Shown here piece by piece: positions 54,436 to 64,000 of a stretch of DNA of 64,000 bases. Made by a program: the position numbers and the translations under genes. The stretch is from assembly GCA_964016885.1 (NCBI GenBank), contig OZ024746.1, forward strand, positions 41,974,001-42,038,000, read 5' to 3'. The DNA comes from Eledone cirrhosa. Taxonomy: Eukaryota. Within the stretch, counting starts at the first letter, position 1. Each line of letters starts with the position of its first letter. The notes below the pieces were generated by a model. That model saw nothing but the letters and a program-made list of their open reading frames with translations, did no database searches and was not told where the DNA came from.

Positions 54436-55144
54436 ATGTGGCTGATTTCTTCTAAGAAGAGCTGGTTTTGTTAACCATCTTAAGTCACATGAGGCAGGGA
54501 GAATTCGAGCTAACTGTGAGATACATACATAGTTTATTTTCTAATTAATAATATAACATGTAGAAAGGGCTAAGCAAGAATATCAGTAAAACTAATGGCA
54601 CTCATTTTATTTAACCCAACAGGGAAATGAGCTCAGATGCATATGACCAAAAACAAGATGCTCTCAACATTTTAATCCAGTTTTCAACTTTGTATAACAT
54701 ATCATCAACACTGTAAAGTGTGTAAAAATATTGTTAAATAAAACTATTTTTATATATTCAAATATGTTTGGATTTTATGTATAGCTTCCATAAACTACAA
54801 ACCAGTTTACAATTGTTATTTTCTTTATTCTTTAATTTGTTTGAATCTGTTTGAAAGGAAATTCATCCAAATAATTTTTTAATAGAGTTGGGTGATGTCA
54901 ATCTAGAGATGAAATAAAAAATGAAAAAGGATGAAAATATGATTATATGAATACTTTAACCACATTCTGTTTCTTCATCTTTTCTTCCCCGCTATTCCTT
55001 CTCACACTCAGAAACAAATTTATTATAAAAGCTTTTAAAAATTTCATGGACATTTATTTACCAATTATTTTGTAAATTTTAAGCTATTCATAATTACAAA
55101 TGGAAATGGTTTGGAGTAGTTCTGCTGTAGGCTACAGACAGAAG

Positions 55145-55420
55145 GTGCCAGTTTGTCAGCTGTACAGACAGTAACACAATAATGGCAGACGATCATACAT
55201 CAACCTAAATCAGCTTATATTATTCAAGCATGCTACATATTGCTAATGTATCTTTCAGAAAGTATTTGTGGCAGGCTATTTTAATTTTTGTTATCCTCGT
55301 GGAATATAATGGACACTGAAAATTTTCTTGACAAGAATAGTTCCCTCATTAATGGAAGATTTGAAAAACGTGTTCATGATTAAAAGGAATCATCATTTTA
55401 AGAGACCACAGAGATAAAAT
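55145..55420 (-). pseudogene. Frameshifted segment resembling the RGS22/RGSL1 N-terminal motif
   Basis: Across frames: NDDSF / LIMNTFF / NLPLMRELF ... RLMYDRLPLLCYCLYS* / DKLAPSV. The recalled family pattern is DD.F..FN.FL.LP.F ... W...RLP.F....Y.EY(K/R)LA. Needs several frame switches. Confidence 0.45.
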
Positions 55421-55819
55421 AATCTAAATGCAAACCTGATCAACAAGAGAAATTAGTTAAGTGAATTTGAAAGAAACAATCACAACTTTCATGACACAAT
55501 TATATGTTCTACTAAAATCTTACTTAAAAGTGCAATGGTTAAAAATAAAGAAAATTAATAGTAAAGATGTAATATGTTTTGTCTTTCTGAAAAACTCATT
55601 GGAGTAGTTGTAAATAATGTATTTTGGATATACCTAAATATCCAAAGGAAATATTACTATTGTGTATTTAACCATTGTTGCTACACCAAACCCCCTCAAT
55701 CTAATATTGATAGCCATAACTAAATGCAATCAATGAATAATGTATTTTTTATACGTTTGTATACATATGTTTACTATACATGTCTGTAGTTGCATACATA
55801 TGCATATGTGCACATATGT

Positions 55820-56340
55820 TGATTCTATGGACTTTCAAGAGATGTAGTGGGATGGCCAGTAGGCTAACAGAAAAGATAGACTTTGTATGTGACAGATGCT
55901 CAGGAAAAGTAAGCACTAAGAACACACATGAAATATATTCCTTCAGTTGCCAGGGAAGCTCCTTAGAAGTTGTTGACAGCTTTTGTTACCTAGGCAATTG
56001 ATTAGCAGTGAGGAAGGATGCATTGAAAGTATGATAGCCAGGATCAGAAGAGGCTGGAAGATGTTTAGAGGGCTGATACCTCTACTGACAACATAGGGCT
56101 TCTCTCTCAGAGGGAACAGTAGACTGTATGAGGCCTGTGTGCAAACTGCAATACTACATGGCAGTGAAACATAGGCTTTGACTACAGGAGACCTGCAAAG
56201 ACTGGAAAGAAATGAAGTGAGTATATGAAGTGGGCATGAATGGTGTAACATAAGTGAACTGAGAGAAAAACTCAGCATAGGAATTAGATGTGGTGTGCAT
56301 GAGAGAGACTGTGTTGGTATAGACATATGATGCATATGTT
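55820..56340 (+). mobile_element. Old PHD-RTE relic
   Basis: WTFKRCSG...FVCDRC...LEVVDSFCYLG, ILHGSET. Confidence 0.8.
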
Positions 56341-58276
56341 TAGCAAGCTTTCTATGGCTGGATGCCCTTCCTGTCACCAACCACTTTACAGTGTATACTG
56401 GATATGTTTATCATATAAATAGCCAATACTAGAGAGACTGTCATGCCATTGACTCAACCTATTTCGACTATCTGACTCTATTTGTATGTATATACTATAC
56501 AGAGACCTAACTCAGGCATTTTTGCTTTACCCTTTGTTGAGACAAACACACATATGTATCTGTGTGCATGTGTGTATTTATAGCATATAGGTTTCTTTGA
56601 TCTTAGAATTAAGTATACAATTCACATATTAAAGGATTCAATACAAGGTTAGCAGAGTGTTTAACTTTCTTCATCTTTAGATGTTTTATGGAAATGCATG
56701 AGTTTTGATTATGAGTTAATTTATTTTCTTCTAAGAAATGCTTACATTATGTAATTATAAGTAGTATTTATAGTTTCTATTAAATTCATTAAGAGAGTCC
56801 ATTGCAAAGCTTATCAATCTAGTGTCTGTGTTGAATTTATCAGAATAGATTCAGAGGGAGATTGGTCGAAGGATAGAGATGTTCAATTTGTATAACAATA
56901 TTTCATGTAAAATGAAGGTAACACTCTCTTGGTCATTACTAATTAGATTCTAAATTAATGTTATTCAAGAACAATTCAGTCAATTGTAATTATGTGGAAA
57001 GTATATGAAGTCAAATCCATATAGTTCTGAACCAAACTACATTTAATTAGCTTATAAAGAATACCATGTTCAATCTATAACCAATGCTAAAAGGTAAATA
57101 GACACACATATATACACACTCTCAAACACACATATTCAAATGCTTGGTGTATTTTGTTAAGTATTTTACTGTTTTTATGCTTTACAAATACAATTAGACC
57201 TTAGTTATGTAAGTGGGAAGTATTTTGTTTGGATAACTGATGTTCAGATAACTGGATGTTTGTGTCACTGATTTGATCATAAATAAAGGAAGTCATGCTA
57301 AACATAATTATGTAAAAAAAAAAAGCATGTTTACAGAGTTTTTGTATCATTTAATCGATACATTTTGCACTCTTGTGTAATCTTTGATGCTTTTCAACTA
57401 TAATCCAGACATTGTAAAATCTTGCATTTCTGTTCAATTGCCAGTGGTGTTTGTTTTCTCTTCACAGACATAGTAACAACAACAAACCCACTTACTTTTA
57501 ACATATACATATTAAGAATATATTTATTTTGCTATGCTTTTAAATCTCTCAACACATCAGTTATTTTTATGTTAAAATTATTTTAAAAATATTTAAAGTG
57601 ACTAACTGACATCAAAGCAGCGTGACAGACATGTGGTACTTTTGATAACAAAAGACACTATCGTTTCACTAGTGTTGCTAGCAGCTCTTTGAAGTAAGAA
57701 TTTTACATATTTTTTCAGTAATTCGAATTCAGATTTGCTCATTTAAAAGGCAGTAGCATGTTATTTGAGGGATACTGGGATGTTATTTCTAGCAAAAATG
57801 TGACTGCATAGAATCTTTTTTATCAACTTGATATTGAGCTGGCTCAACTACTATGTAGAAGGTCATTTGATGTTTAAGCCTTCTCAGTGCCATTCACATG
57901 CATCAACGGAGCCCGTGTTGAAAGAACCGTTTCTCTCATATGCAGGACCAATTTCTATTGATGTGATGCTACATCCTTTTATATCTATAAAAAAAAATTG
58001 AGATTGAAATTTGTTTTCAACAGTTTTGCTTAAATGTTTTCTTTTTTGTTGATTATTTTTGTTTTTATTATCGTTTAATGGACACCTTATTTTAGTTTCA
58101 ATATCTTGAAGCAATACTTTCATTATAATTTTTTTTATATATATTTTGGCTTTTGATTTAGCTGTTTAGATTCATTTTGAAAACTTATTTTGTTTTCATA
58201 TATAACTACTGATCTTTCTCATGGAATGATATTTTTATGAGGTCTAATTTCCATCTATAGAACATTCAATGATAAG

Positions 58277-58328
<52 letters not shown>

Positions 58329-59929
58329 GTGTGTGTATGTATGTATATGTATATGTGTGTATGTATATGCATACGTGTGTATGTATATGCATATGTGTGT
58401 GTGTGTATGTATATGCATATGTGTGTAAGTATGTATATGCATATGTGTGTGTGTGTGTGTGTGTATGTATATGCATATGTGTGTGTGTGTGTATGTATAT
58501 ATATATATACACACACATACATACAGTGCATGAATACATATGTGTGTGTGTGTTTTTATACATGTATGTATATTTTTATGTCCATATATTTACACACATG
58601 TATCCCACCCCATTTTAACTAAACTAAGAAAAGAGATTATTTCTGCAATTCCAATAACTAGAAGAATACAACATCAAAAAGCACTGAGTCAAAAAAAAAA
58701 AATCATAATAGCAAGTAAAAACAAAAATAGGCATCTTTGCTGAAAATATTAAACCCTGAAAGCTGTATAGCTTCATAAAAATACCCTTACTAAAAGAAAG
58801 AAAGGGGAAAAACTATGCTGGAGAAACATGTTGCACCAACTATAGAGATAGAAACTGATTTGATTGATTTAGAGATAGGAAAGATAGTAATCTAGTTCTC
58901 AATTTTAGTGTTAGTACAATCTTCCAAAGAAACAGAAATCACTGAACCTTAACAGCTAATTTAATTAGTTTATGTTAACAACTGACTCTCCACATCTAAT
59001 ATATTTCCTGCTTTATCAAAGCTGATTTGGTTCATTTCATTTTGGTTTAATAAATTAAACCAACAGTCAAGCAGTCAAAGGACTGTACTTATTCAACAAT
59101 TTTCTCTTCATCAGTCTTTTTCTTAAACTTAAACTTTCCTTAAGAAAATCAACTTATTTCTATCATTACAGTGGAAAACAAAACTTTCTCTTGACAGTTT
59201 CCTTTCAGCTTCTCTACCCTTATTTGACACTGTTTAACCTTTTACTATCTAGAATCTGAATCTGCTGGCTGCATCCAGAATATTGTCTATAATAAAATCT
59301 TTTGAGAATATTTTAAATCTAATTTTTTTTCCATAGGTTTTGTACATTATTATTTCAATCTAAAGTATTCAGTAAGCTGGTTATATATGTAATAGCCATT
59401 ACAAGTGTTGCTAGCAAATGTCAACTTGTAAAGGTTAACATTGGTAATATGATTGAAAGAAGGTTCATTGTTTCTAGTTACAGTAGGCTAGTCATTTTAG
59501 AAATTACAAACAAACAAGAGAATGGCCTGATGAACTAAAGAATTGCAAAATAGTATTATTGCAAATAACAGCATCTACAAATAACAAGCTGATAGCTTGA
59601 AAAGTGGCGAATTGAAATAGTCATTACAGATAAAGCATTTGTTCCACCTTTCTGTGTTTTGAGTTCAAATCCTGCTGTGATCACTTTTGCTTTTCATCTC
59701 TTTGTGGTCAATAAATAAAGTATCGATCATAGACAGTGAATTTAAAAAAAAAGTATTAGAGCATCAGGAGTGATACCTTGATATATCCATTTTAGATTCT
59801 GATAGCTATGACTGCGATGATACTGTTGCTAAGTTGTATCAGCCCTTTGCTTTCCCTTGAACAACATCAGTGATACAAAGTGGAGAGATGTGCATGCATG
59901 AAAACCCATTGTTGAGACCTGCACCTTAA

Positions 59930-60150
59930 CCCTTTAGTATTTACAATACTCTATATATACTGTTGTATTTTCATAATAAAGGCTTTACCTCACATAATTA
60001 TCTCACATAATATTGAATCTATGAGATTTTGATATTATTTATTTTGAGAACAATACCTTAACATCAGTATGAGTGGTCAGTTATGGCTGGTTTGAACAGA
60101 AAGAGGTGAGAGAATTCTGGCTGGATATGGCCAGTTTAAATGCTAAAGAG
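59930..60150 (+). mobile_element. piggyBac-type MITE with TTAA TSD
   Basis: TTAA-CCCTTTAGTATTTA ... TAAATGCTAAAGAG-TTAA. Confidence 0.9.
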
Positions 60151-61387
60151 TTAAAGAGAAACTCGTCCTGAGCATATCCCTGGCCTCAGGAGATATACAG
60201 TATTCTGAGATAATAACAATCAGCTAGATAGTTGTTACTCTTAGATGTATAACAGAAAGAGATTTGTAGAAAATACCATGCTAATAGGGATTAGTTTCAT
60301 GAGTAGGAGAATAGTAGAATATAAAAGGAGGGGTAGATAAGGAAGTATACTAATAAAATTGAAGCAATGTTAAAAAATAGGAATTGTACATCATTATTCT
60401 CCTCCTCCACCTCATCGCCCCTGCCACCGATGTCATCATTGTCACCATCATGTAGGTCTCATGACAAAGAGCACCCAGTACTCACTGTAAATGAGGTTGT
60501 CATAAGGAACAGCATCCAGCCATAGAAACAGGGCCCAAATCAGTTTTGATTGAGCAAGACATGGTCACCTGACCTAGCATTGCCCACAACAGGACAACTC
60601 ATCTAACCCATGCCAGCGTGGATGAATGGACATAAAACAGTGATGATGATGTTTTCTATGGTTGGATAGTCATCTTCACACCAACCCATGCCTTATTCTA
60701 AATATAGCATAAATACAACTGATGTTCATTAAACATGATGAAGTTTATGTTGTCCTTTATACAGCCATGTATTAGTGTAAATATTGATTTTCTTCTCTCT
60801 GCTCATCTTCATTTTACAATCAACCTTTCAAAAACCATTTTTTTCCATTTTTGGTATAGTTTCGACAAGTTTACAATACAATAATACTATTTATGTATAT
60901 CAATCAGCTGTTAAATATAATTTATCGCTGTTATACAGCCCTAGTTCAGCCTTGATTTAGTAGACATTATGATAAAAAGTATTCCACTTGTAAGCATCTT
61001 AAGTATTTCTCCGAGTAATAGATTCACCATCATCATCATCATCGTTTAACATCCATTTTACCATGCTAGCATTGGTTAGATGAGTTGTCCCATTTTAGGC
61101 AAGCCAGATCAGGTGAGCATGTTTTGCTCACACAGAACTGTTTCTGGCCTGGTTTCTATGACTGAATGCCTTTCCTATGACCAATCACATTAGGCTGAGA
61201 AATTTTTCCATGACACTAACATGACCACTTTACAGTGTGGACTGGGTACTTGTTGTGGCACAAAATTACCACTTTACAGTGTAAGGTAGTAGGTGAACGG
61301 TGGTGTGTTAGGATGTGGGTAGAGAGGTGGGATGTGTACGGAAAGGGGGGGGGGGTGCATACTGGATTATATTATCTAATGTGTTCT

Positions 61388-61575
61388 AAGGCGGTGGATT
61401 GGCAGTATTGGTAGAGGGTCGGACGCCATGCTTTGACGCAAAGAGTTACAGCCCTTTCCATTCGGAGTTCAAATCCCGCCGAGGTTAACTTTGCCTTTCA
61501 TCCTTACAGGGTCGATAAAATAAAGTACCAGTAATACACTGGGTAATTGCTGGCCTTGTGCCAAAAGTAGAAACA
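61388..61575 (+). mobile_element. Young SINE family C copy with 17-bp TSD
   Basis: ATTATCTAATGTGTTCT at 61371-61387 and 61576-61592; B-box-like GTTCAAATCC. Confidence 0.92.
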
Positions 61576-62012
61576 ATTATCTAATGTGTTCTTCTTTTGT
61601 TCAAGACAGTCAAGGTGTACAATTGAGGTTGATTTGACTGCTATTTCCAGCAGAAATAAGAAAAGCAGCGGGTTGATAGTTTGGTTTGTTATATATTGTG
61701 TATCAATGTTGGAGTCAACATTCAAATATAGATTATTTAGTGTATGAGTTATGAATTTAAATTAATTATGTATGAGATGTGAGTTTAAATTAATCTAAAA
61801 ATCATTTTTCTAGACTATAAGAATGAATAATAGATATCAATATTAAAAGTTATATTTTGCATTCCAAATTCTAATACTGCTATGGCCAACTTCACTTTTC
61901 CTTTTAGTGTAGTCAGTAGAATAAGTAACATTTTGTTGAGGTAGGCTACAGGTGATTGAAATAACTGGGGTTAATTTAATCAATTTTGGCCTACACAAAA
62001 GCTCAAGACTTT

Positions 62013-63150
62013 TTGGCAGTATCGGTAGAGGGTCGGATGCCATGCTTTGATGCATAGAGTTACGGCCCTTGCCATTCTGAGTCCAAATCCCGCCGAGGTT
62101 AACTTTGCCTTTCATCCTTACGGGGTCGATAAAATAAAGTACCAGTAATACACTGGCGAATTGCTGGCCTTGTGCCAAAAGTAGAAACAATTATTATTAT
62201 CAATAATAAGTTCAAATCCTGCTGAGGTTAGCTTTGCCTTTCATCCTTACAGGGTCGATAAAATAAAGCTCTAGGGAGTACAGGGTTTGATATAATCGAC
62301 TTTCATCTCCCCTAAAATTGATTGCTTTGTGCCTATATAAGAAAACATTATCAAAAAATAAAAGGGTGGTGGATTGGCAGAGTTCGGACAACTACTTAGC
62401 TGTATTTTATTCCAAGGTTAACTTTGCCTTTCAACCTGGCCTTGTGTCTAAATTAGAAATCATTATTAAAAGATAAAAGTGCAGTGAATTGGCAGACTCA
62501 TTAGATCATTGGATAAAATTCTTTATAGTATTCATTCTAGTATTCTGCACTCTGAATTCCAATCCCATCATGGTCAACTTCTCCTTTCAATCCTCCTGAG
62601 TCGATAAATAAAGTACCAGTCATGTACCTGTATCATTATAATCAACTTCCCCTTCCTGCAAAATTGTTGGACTTAGATATCATTATTAAATGATGGATTG
62701 GTAGTATCGGTAGAGCATTGGACAATATCCTTTGCGACATAGAGTTACGCCCCTTTGCGTTCTGAGTTCAAATCCCACCAAGGTTAGCTTTTCCTTTCAT
62801 CCTTATGAGGGCTATAAAATAAAGCACCAGTAAAGCACTGGGGTCAATTTAATCGAACTTTCCCTCTCCCCAAATTGCTTGCCTTGTGCCTATAGTAGAA
62901 ATCCTTATTTAAAGATAAAAAAAGGGTAGTGGATTGGCAGTTGTTGGAGTTTGGGACTTTGTAATATTTGTTATAGCTCTTTACATTCTAAATTCAAATC
63001 TCACCAAGATAAACTTTGCTTTTCATCCTTTCAGATGTTGATAATGAAAAATACCAGTAAAGTACTGGGGTTGGCATAATTGACTTTCCCCTCCCATCAA
63101 AATTGCTGGCCTTAATTCCTGGCCTTGTCACTGAATTATAAATCATTATT
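62013..63150 (+). mobile_element. Head-to-tail array of about six SINE family C units
   Basis: Units start near 62013, 62208, 62365, 62480, 62693 and 62925, each with the CTTTGCCTTTCATCC core; lengths and divergence vary. Confidence 0.85.
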
Positions 63151-64000
63151 AAAAGAAATTGTTACTTAGTACAGTTTCATTGAGTTAGCTTTGCCTTTCC
63201 TCTTTCTGGAAGAAGGGTGGGTTATGGTTTGATCTCAGAATCTATAGAAATGTAAATAAATACTACAAGGTGTTTTCTATGGCATACTACTGATTTTACT
63301 ATCCTCTCCAAATTTATGACTAATATATTGAGAAAAGTTGATAAAGATTCATTTAATAGTCAAATCCAACTTATACACATTCAAGTGGTTTTCTTTTCTT
63401 TGAGAGATTTTCAAAATCTACTGGCTGTAGACACTTCGTAAAATTTTAAATTAAATTCTGTAGCTCAAATGAAATTGGAAAAATGAAAAGCAAACCACAA
63501 AATAACGAAACACTCACATGCCAATAAGAAGAAAGAAAATAAAATCATTGCAGTTATTTTATTCATTTATACTAAGTATGTAAAACTAGCATAAATATAT
63601 TTAGATTAAGAAACTTTTCAATTTGAAACAACCAAATATTTCCTGACACAGTTCACACCTCTCATACATAGGTACCCAACATAGTCATAAAGTAGAGTCT
63701 TGGTATAATAAATAGAAAGTTCAATGAATTGGTAATTTTATAGAATACTACACATATATTTTAAACCAACTAGCTTAAAGCTGATATAGATATGATATAC
63801 CTATCATACAATCAAGGAGGTAGGCACCTAACACAAATAAGAATTATAACAAAATAACCGTTGTTGGTCAAAAAGAAAGAAAATAAATACTTAGAAGCCA
63901 GAAAGAATAGATTGGTGAGTATTCAGCCATAAAAAAACTTGCCAAACAAAAGGTCAGGAGGACACTTTAGTTATGTGAAGGATATGACAGCCTCCCTACA

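Larger units (their letters stand above)
17490..55420 (-). pseudogene. Candidate decaying multi-exon gene with RGS22/RGSL1-like motifs
   Basis: Minus-strand segments with AG/GT splice signals at about 55420-55145, 50910-50768, 50514-50409, 39398-39267, 38500-38361, 33683-33606, 18993-18838 and 17569-17490. Peptides include NDDSF/MNTFF/NLPL, LMYDRLPLLCYCLY/DKLA, HEYKISECFT, NELLQFWMLCEAFR and LDLWFEV; several are broken by stops or frameshifts. The family resemblance is from recall and unverified. Confidence 0.45.

Noticed and set aside
62013-63150. Regularly spaced repeats resembling a CRISPR array
   Set aside because: The units are about 200-bp diverged SINE copies, with no short identical repeats or unique spacers, no cas genes and a eukaryotic context.

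Overview
AT-rich, repeat-dense eukaryotic DNA. The repeat families (tRNA-headed SINEs with RTE-type (GAT)n tails, Nin/Deu-like SINEs, very long (TA)n tracts) point to an octopus-like cephalopod; this is an inference. No intact protein-coding gene is visible, and the many Y/I/H/T-rich ORFs are microsatellite artefacts. Mobile elements: a degenerate CR1/L2-group LINE (3.5-7.2 kb); a 5'-truncated but otherwise nearly intact RTE LINE whose RT carries an embedded PHD finger (35.0-37.5 kb), plus older relics of that family; three SINE families, two sharing a head but not a tail and one forming tandem arrays; four TTAA (piggyBac-type) MITEs; a hAT-Charlie/Buster relic; a Tc1/pogo-type relic; and two R4/Dong relics. 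Two less obvious layers: (1) minus-strand exon-like segments from about 55.4 to 17.5 kb that keep splice signals and carry RGS22/RGSL1-like motifs but contain stops and frameshifts (candidate decaying gene); (2) several degenerate minimal hammerhead-ribozyme folds and perfect fold-backs in small islands, mostly in or beside (TA)n tracts (probable Penelope-like remnants). All family assignments come from motif recognition by eye, not from database searches.
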